Positions 51,882 through 64,000 of a stretch of DNA of 64,000 nt are shown here, one piece after another (position 1 is the stretch's first letter; every line of letters starts with the position of its first letter). This stretch comes from Ranitomeya imitator. Taxonomy: Eukaryota. The stretch is from contig NC_091282.1 in the NCBI RefSeq assembly GCF_032444005.1, forward strand, positions 307,706,001 to 307,770,000. The letters are read 5' to 3'. The notes below the pieces were generated by a model. It worked only from the letters and a program-made list of their open reading frames with translations, was not told the origin of the DNA and did not search any database. The position numbers and the translations under genes were made by a program.

Positions 51882-54150
51882 AAGATTTTATGCAGGGCTA
51901 CGTTTTTAGGCCCATAGCCTAAGTGCAGAGAGCCGGTTGTCAATCAGCATGATTTTGGCAGTCACGCTACATCTATAGATCAAAGCAGAAGAGAAACCGC
52001 TGCTCTGTTGACTTGACATCCATTGAAGTCAATGAATGACCGCTCTGTGCCAGCAGAGATCGGCACTAGACACAACAGGAAGTTAGGTGGCAACTACCGG
52101 CTTGTAGTAAACAAAAAAATTAGTCCTGAATAAACCCCTTAACTACTTTCCGACATGTGCCGTAATAGTATGCACATATTGGAATTCCCCATGTTTGGTG
52201 CTGGCTCCGGCACTGAGCACCAAACAGAGAGACAGCGATATTTAACTTGTGCTTACAGGAAGCGTGTCACTGACTTCACCCATCGGTGACCCGCGATCAT
52301 GTGACGGCATGACAACCCGTGTTACAAAAAAAAAATCTGATAACTGAGAAAATGACATGCAACATATAAAAGAGTACAATTCTGAAACTATACAGATGCC
52401 AAAGGAAAGAAGGGAAGGGGATGCATGGGACCATTGAGAAAATCTGAAGAAATATTATGAATCTTGTTGAGCCCAGTAAAAGTTCCCTAAACTGAATTGA
52501 AATAATCAATTTAGTCATTAAGTGTATTTGTCACATTCAAACCTTTGAATTTCACTGATATGGTCTACTAGATATGTATGTGAAGGTGGTGTAGTTTGTT
52601 TCCAGAAACAAGCGATTAAACATCTCATAGCAGTTAAGTAATGGAAAGGCAATCTAGAGGATTTAGTGCCCATGTCTTTAGGTGCTACATTAAGCCCTTT
52701 ACGACCTTGGACATATAGGTAAGTCCAAGGTCCTCTCCCTGCACATGGCAAGCTGATCTGATCAGCTGTCATGTACTTCTCACAGTCACGGGTGGATCTG
52801 TGATCCACCCTCGGCTGTTAACATGTTAAATGCAGCTGTCAATCAATTCTTGCGAGCCGGAAGAGCGTAAGACATATGCCCATCGGCGTCCCGTCACTTG
52901 ATCACGGGGATGGTGAGGTGAGTGGAGAGTCATTCATCATTGTGTATATTTCTGAAGTTAGCCCTTTAGTAGGTGGGGATCACCTACACTTCCTCTCAAA
53001 GACAGTAGGAGAGACTTGAGTAGATAATAAGAGAAAAAGCCGTATGTATTTTCTGTGAATAGTGGTACTGCTCACATTTAGGAAGATTAAATGTGGCTTT
53101 TTTAGATTCAAAAGAGAGAATGTCCTTTGTATTGGCATTGTTTTGGTCTGAAAATCTGAAAAGACCTTTCTGGGGAATGGGGATAAGATTAAAAAAAAAT
53201 ACTGCAGATTTACTTGAGGACAGAAAATAAACAAAAGTCTTTGTTTTTTTGCAATATACCCACACATCCCTTGTCAATAAACCCAGTAAATTAGGTGTGG
53301 GGATGGGTGTGGTACTTGACATAGGAGGCAGTTAGGGTGAATAGGTGCAATGCTCAGTTTTTCTCTTTCAGTTAATTTATTGAATTCCACCTCTGAAACC
53401 CACAAAGTGAATTAGAAAAGCTGAACAACCCAATAATAATGAATTACCAGGTACTGCTAAGCCTCCTTGCTTTTTAAAACAATAGAGGTATTAAATAGCA
53501 ACATTCCAACGCTCACAATAAATATAAATATATATGTTGCTGTATAGTGGATAAATTTGTAACCCAGTCGTACACAACGAAGTAGATAGGGAGTGTGGGA
53601 ACCACAGAAAAAAGACCAATAGGGGTAATATACGTATAGAAAACTTTATTCATAACAAATACATTACAATCATAAAAACGTCATAGTAGACTAAGGACAA
53701 CAGAGCTACAAGGTGAAATACTGGTGGTGATTGCGCCAACCAGTCACCACCATACAAAAAACACGTGTGGATAGGAAAAACTCCGGCTATCGCAGGGGAT
53801 ATGTATAATAGTGTGATATGTGTACCGGTACCTCAGGTCGCTACATACATCATAAGATGACAGAGTCCATATACATACAAAGATATATCTATATATATGC
53901 CACAGTGGGATAGTAGTATAGAACAATGTAGCAACCTTAATGATAGTACAGCGATGTGTGGCCAACAACATCGCATTAGATGTATATAAGGGCCGTCACA
54001 TCTGTCTATCCCTCCCCCTTGGTCATATACGACCATAAGACCCGCAATAAGACTGCCCGGTAAATACCAGGACTAGCCACCGTGGATACATCCGGCAAAT
54101 TACCTGTAACAGGGGGGAATCTGAGATAGCCAGGTCCGGTCCAACACGTG

Positions 54151-54197
54151 CGCCCGACGCGCGTTTCGGAGCGGATGCTCCTTCGTCAGGGGGCGTC
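54151..54197 (-). ncRNA. Type I hammerhead ribozyme motif within a Penelope-type relic (about 53560-54210)
   Basis: Minus strand cgcccc-CTGACGA-A-ggagc-atcc-gctcc-GAAAC-GCGC-GTC-gggcg. Confidence 0.8.
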
Positions 54198-55539
54198 TAG
54201 CTTTTTACTAGATACTAAAACTTTTTTAGAAATACGGTATGTTTTTAAACCGCCCAACCTCCCCCCAGATAAATCTAAAAAAGGCTGCTAGTCTGTCTGT
54301 TAGTTCACAGAGAGAACTGCAACTTAGAGGGCTCCTAGTACATAGAGCAGTTTTGGTAGTCGTGTGATGGCTCCAAGGCTGATATTCAGCTAAAAGTATG
54401 AAATAAGGAGTGTTTTCCATTTATTTAATAATGCCTTTAATTCACAGAAGAGTTTTATGGAAGTTTTTTTGTGTTTTCTCAAGACCATGAGTAAGGCAGA
54501 AAGTTGAAACGCTTTGTTCTGGTTACCAGTACCCTACTTTTGAATTGCCATTGGAGCCTGTTTTAATCTGAATATTATTAAACATTAACTTTTGCTTACA
54601 TAGAATGCAGCCTTATTCGCTGGATCATTACTCCTCTATTTCATGTACAGTAAAACATCATCTTCACACAAGCATACCTGAAAGATGCTATTTCTCAATT
54701 TGACCCTGGCTATGTCAGTATTTTGGATTTTCTTGACCACTAGCTGTTCAGTGCATCATACAACTGATAAAAGGGACAGCAGACAGCCCTTGCTTATACC
54801 ATTATCAATACAGAATCTGTATAAAGTACTAACGATGCAGCTTTATAGCATCTGTGGGAGATGACTAAAGAGCATGGAGGGCTGATAAAAGCGGGCTTGA
54901 GAACCCAAACCTCTTCATGATGGTGAATAAGAAATGCTAGCTCAGGTGGTCAAATGCCTTTTCAGCATTAAGACTAAGCGGTATTGCTGTCTGTCTTCTC
55001 TTATTGACTATGTCCACTAAATCTAGGACTCATCCAGTAATGTCACAGCCTTTAAAGAATAGTACGGAACCTGCTTTATCTTTGTTCATGAAATATGGTA
55101 GCCAGGGATTTAGCCGTTTTTCAAAAATGTGTGTGAAATTTAAAAAATCCGAGTTTATGGGGGTTATAGGCAGGAAGAGACTACTATCTTTGGAATTTCT
55201 GCCTGGCTTAGGGATCAGAATAATGAAAGAATGTGGCAGTGGAGTTGGAATAGGAGATCCCTCCCAAACAATATTGAACATGTATGTCATATGGGGAATG
55301 AGTACTTCTGCAAAGGTTTTATAATATTTGTGGGGGGGCGTGACCGGATGTGGAGCTGAGCGGACGTGCGAGGCTCGAGCTCCCTAACCACCAGCTATCA
55401 TAAGCGGCCCAAAGCACAGTGAGGTGACCGGAGGAGGTCAGATCTGAAGATAAGATAAGCCAGGCGGTGGTGTACTCCAGGAATGAAGCGAGGGAGAAGG
55501 AGGGGGCAGGCGCCCAGCAGGGTCCAGGTCTTTGAAGCG

Positions 55540-56622
55540 ATGGGTAGTTGGATCCAAGATGGCGACCGCAACTCTCACCACGCGGCCGCCGGCAGCAGCA
55601 GGAGTGATGGCAGTGTGAAGCAAAGGTCAGAGCTGCACAGTGAATCACTCCACCAGCCCCAAACTCCCAGCAAAACTGAAAGATCCCTGAGCACACAGAG
55701 CTATTCACCAACGCTGCAGTCCCTGCTTTTCCCCCCTGCTAGGAATGCTGAAGGTTCAGAGCCTGAAGATTTACAGCCACTAAACACAGCCCTGACCGTC
55801 TCCTCAGACTCTCCTATTACAGACTCCAATTCTGCCCCTGTCACTGTAGCCACACTCAAATCCCTGCTGGGAGACCTGAAGCAAGCCATTCATACTGATA
55901 TCACAACGGCTTTCACTGAGCTACATAAAGAAATAACGCAGATTGGCGACAGAACCTCACACATAGAGGGGAAACTGGAGGAATATACTACGGCGCACAA
56001 CCAACTAGTAGACGCGCATAATGAAGCGGACGAAGAAATCATGGCCCTAAAACTGAAGCTTGCAGACCTAGAAGACCGATCCAGGCGCAATAACCTACGT
56101 TTCAGAGGAATCCCTGAGAGTGTGTCAGCGGATACACTAAAGGAGTTTCTAATGGACTTCTTCACAATTCTGGTGCCGTCAGCAGAACACAGGGACCTGC
56201 TGATTGACAGGGCACATCGGATCCCCAAACCAAAGTCTGCTCCCAGCTCCGCACCGCGAGACGTGATAGCCAGGCTGCACTTCTACCATTTCAAGGAGGC
56301 AGTGACCAAGTCAGCGTCAGCAAAGCAAGAACTTCCAGAAAGATTCCGGAACATTCTGGTGTTCACCGACTTGTCTGCGACAACCCTGAACAGGAGGCGA
56401 GAATTCTCATCCGCAACCAAGATTCTACGGGACAACAGTATTGTCTACAAGTGGGGATATCCAGTAAAGCTCATCGTGACGAAAAACGGAACTTCACACG
56501 TCCTTGCGTCTCCCAGAGAGGCCATGACCCTGCTCCAGGAATGGTCCCTGACATCAGTGGATGAAGATACCAGCTCCCCACTAAAGAAAAGACCCCCGAC
56601 ACTGAACAAAGAATGGACCTGA
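55540..56622 (+). CDS. L1 ORF1p (coiled coil, RRM, CTD)
   Basis: LEDRSRRNNLRFRGIPE, IDRAHRI, RDVIARLH, VFTDLS, YKWGYPVKL; first in-frame ATG at 55540 (true start uncertain). Confidence 0.9.
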   Translation: MGSWIQDGDRNSHHAAAGSSRSDGSVKQRSELHSESLHQPQTPSKTERSLSTQSYSPTLQSLLFPPARNAEGSEPEDLQPLNTALTVSSDSPITDSNSAPVTVATLKSLLGDLKQAIHTDITTAFTELHKEITQIGDRTSHIEGKLEEYTTAHNQLVDAHNEADEEIMALKLKLADLEDRSRRNNLRFRGIPESVSADTLKEFLMDFFTILVPSAEHRDLLIDRAHRIPKPKSAPSSAPRDVIARLHFYHFKEAVTKSASAKQELPERFRNILVFTDLSATTLNRRREFSSATKILRDNSIVYKWGYPVKLIVTKNGTSHVLASPREAMTLLQEWSLTSVDEDTSSPLKKRPPTLNKEWT

Positions 56623-56929
56623 TTCTCACGCAAGTACTCTGTTACCATATGTATCCCCTGTGTGCCTATGCCAGGACACCACACTGTTATTTTTTTGCCT
56701 GGCTGGCAGGTTGAAGGGGCATGAGAATATTGCTTTCGTTTTTTCTATTCTCTCCCCCCCTTTAATACTGGATAGGAACGACTATCCAGTTGGTTCACAT
56801 AGAACCGGACTCTGAGTTGTACAAGTTGTACTTGTTCTGGTTGTTGTTAATTACTTTAACCCCTTTGCTTCCCTTATTATTATCCTGTATCTGGTGACTG
56901 ATTGAATTTTTTTTTCTTTTTTGTAACTG

Positions 56930-59900
56930 ATGGTATTTCAAATATCTAGCATTAATGTGAAAGGCCTAAACAGCCCTTTCAAGAGATCGTTATTATGGAA
57001 GGAAGCCCAGGCACTCAAAGCGGACATACTATGTGTCCAAGAAACTCATTTAAATCGTGATGATACACATAGACTACAACATAAAAATTACCCCCATATC
57101 TATGTGTCATATGCGGCGAAAAAGAAGAGAGGGGTAGCGATTGCAATAAAAGACACTGTAGCGTTCCAGCTTGTTGATAGCGTTCTGGATGATGAAGGCA
57201 GATATGTAATATTGATATGTAGCATCAATAACAAGGTGTATACAATTGCATCTATATATGCACCCAATACAGGTCAAATCACTTTTATTAAAGACCTCAT
57301 AACTAAATTATCCAAAATAAAACAAGGATCCCTGCTAATCTGTGGAGATTTTAACCTCGTCCCGATCCCCAACATAGACAAATCTTGGTGCTCAAAGAAA
57401 AAGTCCCAATCCCATGCGCTGTCCCAGTGTCTTATATCAGAAGAATTGTATGACACGTGGAGGGTCCTTCATGCTTCTGAAAGGGATTATACATATTACT
57501 CCCACCCACATAAAGTATATTCAAGAATAGATCTAATAGTAGTGGATAAATGGCTCCTACAAAATATACAATCAGCAAAAATTGGGAACATAACCTGGTC
57601 GGACCACGCTCCTGTAACATGCCAAATTAAAGAGACGTACAATAATTTAACTTATTCTCCGTGGAGAATTAATAACTTCTTAATAGCCTCAGATAATATT
57701 AAATCCCAACTTAACGACCTTCTCCAGGAATTTTTTGATATCAATAGTACCCCTGACATATCCCCGACCACAGTGTGGTGCGCCCACAAGGCCTATATAA
57801 GAGGGCGGCTAATACAGATAGCAGCGCAACACAAAAAATTGAGAATGCGACAAATAGAAGAGCTCAATAAAAATATAGCAACAATGGAAAACATCCATAA
57901 ACATAGCCCATCACCCACGGTATATAGGAAACTACAAAAGGCAAGATACGAACTATATCAGCTATTCCAATATAAATATGAGCATAATTTGAGGAGGAAT
58001 AAAGCTAAATATTATTGGCAGGGGAATAAGGCGAGTAAAATACTTGCCAATAAGATTAAAGCGAGATTAACAAAGCAAAAAATAGCTCACATACAAGATG
58101 ATCAAAAGAACAAAATATACAACCCTAAAGAAATTGCGAATACTTTCGCAAGATATTACTCCTCACTCTATAATCTCAAGACCGACAACCTTATCCCACA
58201 ACCCAACGCTGAGCTAATTAATAATTTCCTGAATAGCATATCTTTACCCCAAATCCCAGAGGATAAATTGATGGCAATAAATCAACCTATAAGCCAAAAA
58301 GAAATCCAACAAACCATTCAGGCAACAAAAAATAATAAATCCCCAGGACCGGATGGTATAACTAATGAATACTTGAAGTTACTCAACCAAATATTGTCCC
58401 CACATCTATTATTAGTCTTCCAAAATATATTTGAAACAGGCAAAATACGAGAAGAAATGTTACAAGCGACTATAGTCCCTCTTCCCAAGCCAGGAAAAAC
58501 TCCCGATCATCCAAGTAATTTCAGGCCAATATCCCTACTAAATACTGACCTCAAGCTGTACTCCAAAATCTTAGCAAATAGACTCTCCGATGTAATCCCT
58601 TCCCTGGTGCACAGAGACCAGGTTGGATTTATCAAATCTAGACAGACATTGGACGGCACCAGACGAATGATTGACCTCATCCATGTGGCGGGGAGCGACC
58701 GGACGCCTTCTCTGCTCCTATCCCTGGACGCGGAGAAGGCGTTCGATCGGGTGCATTGGGGATACCTGTTTGAGGTTCTGGCCAGATTCGGATTTACGGG
58801 TAATATTGCTAAAGCAATCACTCTGCTATATTCTCACCCATCAGCATCGGTTTCTGTCTCTGGAATGATGTCGGACAGGTTTACTATTACTAACGGGACG
58901 AGACAGGGGTGTCCGCTATCACCCCTTATATTCGCTTTGGTGATTGAGCCTCTAGCGCAGAAAATTAGATCACACTCGATGATATCAGGAATTCAGGTGA
59001 ATAAAACGGAACACAAAATAGGCTTATTTGCTGACGACATCATTCTAGCGTTAACAAACCCGACAGAATCATTACCGGCAGCAATGCAAGTAATCGATTC
59101 ATATACTAAAATATCATATTATAAGCTGAACGTGTCTAAATGCCAGGTATTAAACCTGACCCCTCTCACAAAACACCCCAAAAGCTTTGAGAATAAGTAC
59201 CCTTTTAAGTGGGAAAATGACCACATTGAGTATTTGGGTATTCGGCTGACACTCTCGGCAGATAAAATGCTATCACTGAATTATGAGTCTCTAAGGAAGA
59301 AAATCCAAACTGACATGTTACGTATGAAGAAACACGAACTATCATGGCTGGGCAGGATTGCATCGGTAAAAATGTTCATTCTCCCACAAATACTGTATTT
59401 GTTCCGCAATCTCCCCATCATATTCCCAATGAAAATATTAAAAGAGATTCAAGCAATGATTTTAAAATACATTTGGCAAGAGAGAAAACCCAGAATCCAA
59501 GCGGACACGCTTTACATCCCTATGAGTAAGGGTGGCCTGGGGTGCCCCTCAGTGGTCCGGTGCTACAGGGCCGCATTATTCGAACAGTTACGATTCATGT
59601 GGAATAATGATGATGATCGGCACTGGATAGCAATTGAAAAACATTTGATGAGAACCTCCAATGTCTCAGCTTTTTACCATGCACATCAAACTAAAGTCCC
59701 TAATAGAAACCTAAAAATGTCCCCAACAATAGACGCGGCTCTGGAGCTATGGAGTGTGTTGACTAATAAATTAGGCCTTATACAAACCGCATTCCTCAAA
59801 GCTCCTATAGAGACACTGGAGCATTGTATCCCGGACCTCAAACTTAAAAATTGGAATTTACCCAAAACCACCTCAATTGGGAACTTGTATGAGGGGGAGG

Positions 59901-60703
59901 AATTAATTACTTTTACATCATTGAGAGATAAATACAATGTTCCTCAAAGGGATTTTTACAAATATTTGCAGATCCGGCATTTCCTAACTGAAAGGAAAAA
60001 ACAGATGCCTGCACCGCCATCTAAACTTTACTCTATGCTGATGAACCCGACATCACAGATTAGAGCGCTGTCCACAAGCTACGACTGTATGTTGGAGAAT
60101 ACTCTGCCCTCTCTAACTACATACCTGCAAAAGTGGGAAAAAGACCTAAACTGCACATTCACACCGGATCAGTGGAGGGCAGCCTTCTTAGTTATTGGAA
60201 GCCAATCTAAATGTACTAACCACATAGAAAACGCCAGGAAATTGTTATATAGGTGGTATTTCACTCCCAGTAGATTGTCCAGGATGTTCTGCAGTTCCCC
60301 AGACACGTGCTGGAGGTGTGGAGACCCCTGTGCAGACATGCTACATATATGGTGGAGTTGTGACAGAATTAGACGTCTGTGGGCAGCCATAGATCATCTG
60401 ATGTTCCAGATTTGTGGTATACCGGTGACTCTTAATGCACAGCAGGCGTTACTCGCTATTGATTTGGACTCGTTTCCCTATGAGTTCCGTACAGTGATTG
60501 TGCATATTATTGTAGCAACAAGACTCAAAATTGCTAGTTACTGGAAAAACTCCAGGTGCCCCTCACTGCCCGAGGTCGTATCACTGATCAACGAAAATTG
60601 CCTATCAGAAAAAATAATCGCTACATCTAATAATAATATAGCTCAATTTCAGAAAAAATGGAACAATTGGTTATCTTTCCGTTTAAATACCGTTCTTAAA
60701 TGA
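56930..60703 (+). CDS. L1 ORF2p, 1257 aa (APE endonuclease, RT, Cys/His knuckle)
   Basis: NVKGLN, QETH, GDFN, SRID, SDH; FRPISLLN, SLDAEKAFD, GTRQGCPLSP, FADD; CWRC...HIWWSC; no stops. Confidence 0.97.
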   Translation: MVFQISSINVKGLNSPFKRSLLWKEAQALKADILCVQETHLNRDDTHRLQHKNYPHIYVSYAAKKKRGVAIAIKDTVAFQLVDSVLDDEGRYVILICSINNKVYTIASIYAPNTGQITFIKDLITKLSKIKQGSLLICGDFNLVPIPNIDKSWCSKKKSQSHALSQCLISEELYDTWRVLHASERDYTYYSHPHKVYSRIDLIVVDKWLLQNIQSAKIGNITWSDHAPVTCQIKETYNNLTYSPWRINNFLIASDNIKSQLNDLLQEFFDINSTPDISPTTVWCAHKAYIRGRLIQIAAQHKKLRMRQIEELNKNIATMENIHKHSPSPTVYRKLQKARYELYQLFQYKYEHNLRRNKAKYYWQGNKASKILANKIKARLTKQKIAHIQDDQKNKIYNPKEIANTFARYYSSLYNLKTDNLIPQPNAELINNFLNSISLPQIPEDKLMAINQPISQKEIQQTIQATKNNKSPGPDGITNEYLKLLNQILSPHLLLVFQNIFETGKIREEMLQATIVPLPKPGKTPDHPSNFRPISLLNTDLKLYSKILANRLSDVIPSLVHRDQVGFIKSRQTLDGTRRMIDLIHVAGSDRTPSLLLSLDAEKAFDRVHWGYLFEVLARFGFTGNIAKAITLLYSHPSASVSVSGMMSDRFTITNGTRQGCPLSPLIFALVIEPLAQKIRSHSMISGIQVNKTEHKIGLFADDIILALTNPTESLPAAMQVIDSYTKISYYKLNVSKCQVLNLTPLTKHPKSFENKYPFKWENDHIEYLGIRLTLSADKMLSLNYESLRKKIQTDMLRMKKHELSWLGRIASVKMFILPQILYLFRNLPIIFPMKILKEIQAMILKYIWQERKPRIQADTLYIPMSKGGLGCPSVVRCYRAALFEQLRFMWNNDDDRHWIAIEKHLMRTSNVSAFYHAHQTKVPNRNLKMSPTIDAALELWSVLTNKLGLIQTAFLKAPIETLEHCIPDLKLKNWNLPKTTSIGNLYEGEELITFTSLRDKYNVPQRDFYKYLQIRHFLTERKKQMPAPPSKLYSMLMNPTSQIRALSTSYDCMLENTLPSLTTYLQKWEKDLNCTFTPDQWRAAFLVIGSQSKCTNHIENARKLLYRWYFTPSRLSRMFCSSPDTCWRCGDPCADMLHIWWSCDRIRRLWAAIDHLMFQICGIPVTLNAQQALLAIDLDSFPYEFRTVIVHIIVATRLKIASYWKNSRCPSLPEVVSLINENCLSEKIIATSNNNIAQFQKKWNNWLSFRLNTVLK

Positions 60704-60866
60704 CTTTGCAGATTTGCATATAGAGAATGTGATTGGATAGTTATTGTAATGTCACCATTTCCCCTATCCTCTTCCCTTCCCTAATCCCCATAACGTTGTG
60801 TTAATTATTAAGAATTTAATGTCAATAAGATGTAATGCTTGACACAATTTGTAAATAAAAATTTAT

Positions 60867-60907
<41 letters not shown>

Positions 60908-61102
60908 TTGTTTGTTTGGACCAGGGTTTTTCCATTATGGAAGGTCCTTTAGAGTAGTTAAGACCTCATCTCTAGTGATGGACTGTTCAGGAAGCCAAAG
61001 CTTCTTAGGCAATTTAGGGAGATCACTTGAGGACAGATGCTTAAATTTCAGTGTATCCCTTTTACAGGCATCTTTTGGTAAAGTACCTGACAGATAGTCC
61101 AA

Positions 61103-63357
61103 TCTACTATATAAAGCTGAATGTGTGTGTGTGTATGTCCGGGATTGGCATCTGCACCGTTGCAGCTACAGCCACAAAATTTTGCACAGTCACACGTCTG
61201 GACCCCGAGAGCGTCATAGGCTATGTTGTGAGGCGAAATTTTAACCCCGCGCGTTCCAATTCACCAAACAATTTTGCCCCTATCTACATAATGGGGAAAA
61301 AAGTGAAAGGAAAAGTGTTGGAGGCGTCGCAGTTACAGAAACAAAATTTTGCACAGTCACACGTCTGGACCCTGAGAGCGTCATTGGCTACGTTGTGAGG
61401 TGAAATTTTAACCCCGCGCTTTCCAATTCACCAAACAATTTTGCCCCTATCTACATAATGGGGAAAAAAGTGAAAGGAAAAGTGTTGGAGGCGTCGCAGC
61501 TACAGAAACATAATTTTGCACAGTCACACGTCTGGACCCTGAGAGCGTCATAGGCTATGTTGTGAGGTGAAATTTTAACTCCGCGCTTTCCAATTCACCA
61601 AACTATTTTTCCCCTATCTACATAATGGGGAAAAGTGAAAGGAAAAGTGTTGGAGGCAAATTGACAGCTGCCACATGTGAACAAGGGGGACTTAAAGAAT
61701 GAGAGCGATGGCACAAAAGAGTATAAACTGTACAGTTGCTAAGTTGGGGCCCCGACATGGGATACTCACCACACACGGGGATATGAACACACACACAAAA
61801 TGCGCCACACACTACCACGTGCTTGAACACATATACCACCCTCAGCACACATTTCACCACACATACACTAACCTCGCCACATAAAAGTCGAAACACAAAA
61901 GTCGCCGCTCAAAACTCGCCACGCGCAAAACTCGCCACATGCAAAAACTAGGCTCACGCAAAACTCGCCACAAGTGCAAAACTCACCTCATGGAAAACTC
62001 GCCACACGCAAAACTTGCACACGCGGAAAAATTGCCACATGCACAAAATTTGCAACACATGCAAAAGTTGCCTCACACAAAACTTGCACATACTCAAAAG
62101 GCACCAGACATAAAACTCACCACGCGCAAAACTCGCCATGCGCAAAACTTGCCGCACACAACTTGCTACACTAACCTGTCACATGCAACTCGACACACAA
62201 AAAGTTGCTACACGCATGTTGCCACACAAAACTCAACACACACAACTTGACAAACGAAACTCGCCCTAAAACACACACAAGTCTGGTATTAGCCTTCAAA
62301 AATAAAAATCTGATTAATAAGCAGACAAAACTACAAGAGCAACAAATGTACCATATAGGAAATACAGCAGCTGTCAGTCACACCTGTCTATTATGTGTAT
62401 GTGTGAGCTAATATATACTGCCAGGGGGAGGGCTTCCTGTTGGCTGGGGATTTATCAGGCTGCCAATTTATCTTACAAATACTGAGGTAAAAATACTGAG
62501 CAAATAACGTATGAACGAGGTCTAATACAGGAGGAGATGACACAGAGGTATATACTATATACAGGGGAGATGACACACAGATATATACTATATACAGGAG
62601 AGATGACACACAGGTATATACTATATACAGGAGCAGATTACCTACAGGTATATACTATATACAGGAGGAGATGACATACAGGTATATGCTATATATAGAA
62701 GATGACATACAGGTATATACTATATACAGGAGGAGATGACACAGATATATACTATATACAGGGGAGATGACACACAGGTATATACTATATACAGGAGGAG
62801 ATGACATACAGGTATATACTATATATAAGGAGATGACATACAGGTATATACTATATATAGGAAGAGATGACATACACGTATATACTATATATAGGAGGAG
62901 TTGACATACAGGTATATACTATATATAGGAGGAGATGACATGCAGGTATATACTATATACAGGGGAGATGACACACAACAGGTATATACTATATACAGGA
63001 GATGACATACAGGTGTATACTATATATGGGAGATGACAAACATGTATATACTGAGGTGAAAATGAGAGGTGTGAGGTGAAAATGAAAAGGTGTGAGTGCA
63101 AAATGAGAGGAGTGAGGGAAAATAGTGTAGTGATCGGAAAATGACAGATGTGAGGTCGAAATGACAAGTGTTAGGGAGGAATGAGAGGAGTGAGGGAGAA
63201 AATAAGAGGTGTGAGGGAGAAAATGAGAGATGTGAGGGGGAAAATTAAAGATGTGATTGGGAAAATGAGAGGCGTGATGGGAAAATAAGAGAAGTGACGT
63301 GCTATAACTAACCACAGATATTTACTATGCCCAGGCAACGCCGGGCTCTTCAGCTAG
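61103..63357 (+). mobile_element. Non-autonomous Helitron, family A copy 2
   Basis: A|TCTACTATATAAAGC...gcccaggcaacgccgggc...CTAG|T; 167-bp unit triplicated (61162, 61329, 61496). Confidence 0.88.
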
Positions 63358-64000
63358 TCTATAATATTTGTGAAAAAGAGCAGATATCTCAGGGGTGGTA
63401 GATTCATTAACCAGATATTGAAGTTTTGTGGAGTGTTGCTTAGAATTTGATCTTGGAATAGTTGAGCTAATAGGGTATGAGTTCTGTGGAGACACAGGGT
63501 CAGTGGGTGTTTTTGTCCGCTGACTCGGCTGTCTATAAAAAGACTGCATGGTCAAGGGATCATACCACTGAATACCTGCTTTCTCTTTTCATGGGTATAA
63601 AACTACTCGGACAACACAGGGTGAGGGTAAAACAGTTTGGCAATAATTTATTGAACCTCCAACACACAATAGCATATAGAAACGTCCTAGCAAATATGCA
63701 AGATGGTACAAATTACAGAATCTCACCCTTCCGCTGACTCGGCTGGTTCAGAGCTGCTTCCAAGGCCGACTACCGCTTTTGGCGGGCCCCCACAGAGAGG
63801 AGTAATGATAAGTTTAGGGATATCGATAAGTTTAGGAATCTAAGGCTGGGTTCACACTTTGCGGTTTTTACCGCGGAACTGCCACGATTTTGATTCTGTG
63901 GGTCCACAGCAGTTTCCATAGCGTTTCCATTTACATGTAAACCCTATGGAAACCGCAAACCGCTGTGCACATGCTGCGGGAAAAACCGAGCAGAAACGCA

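Larger units (their letters stand above)
55332..60902 (+). mobile_element. Full-length L1 retrotransposon with both ORFs open
   Basis: Starts GGGGGGGCGTG; AATAAA at about 60854; poly(A) of about 32 nt from 60871; TSD AATATTTGT at 55323-55331 and 60903-60911. Confidence 0.96.
54380..63500 (-). pseudogene. Old degraded L1 ORF2 in three pieces (about 54380-55322, 60912-61102, 63358-63500) split by younger insertions
   Basis: Minus strand ALFHKYYRL / ITRDEV...KNPGP / YYKTFAEVLIPH, IILIPKPGR, LSLNAEKAFD. Confidence 0.8.

Noticed and set aside
55483-55539. 5' extension of L1 ORF1 in the ORF track
   Set aside because: Begins at a non-ATG codon in the 5' UTR; the first in-frame ATG is at 55540.
50877-64000. 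Next CIT exon (expected AVKASTEATELL-like)
   Set aside because: Not found by eye. It probably lies beyond the window, so it is not annotated.

Overview
Eukaryotic vertebrate DNA, most likely anuran (frog) judging from the repeat landscape (inference). The window holds seven coding exons of citron Rho-interacting kinase (CIT) on the + strand: 3330-3513, 5521-5626, 6376-6519, 18309-18428, 27293-27463, 30863-30916 and 50823-50876. They splice in one open frame running from the AGC-kinase C-terminal tail into the coiled coil. The introns are filled with transposons: a CR1 3' fragment, two L2 fragments, a 5'-truncated L1, an apparently intact full-length L1 nested in an old antisense L1, a near-complete DIRS1-type tyrosine-recombinase retrotransposon, three non-autonomous Helitrons, two solo LTRs, a tRNA-SINE, Tc1/Tc2/hAT/piggyBac-like relics, TTAA MITEs, Penelope-type inverted repeats with hammerhead motifs, and minisatellites. 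I cannot demonstrate a wholly new biological system. The strongest leads are: (i) an intron read-through tail resembling the mammalian short-kinase isoform CRIK-SK; (ii) an L2 inserted into a CIT splice donor that rebuilt the donor; (iii) a probable spliceosomal intron in the DIRS gag ORF plus a reconstructable recombinase crossover core; (iv) several hammerhead ribozyme motifs; (v) a potentially active L1. All coordinates were read by hand and all homologies come from recalled motifs, not database searches.
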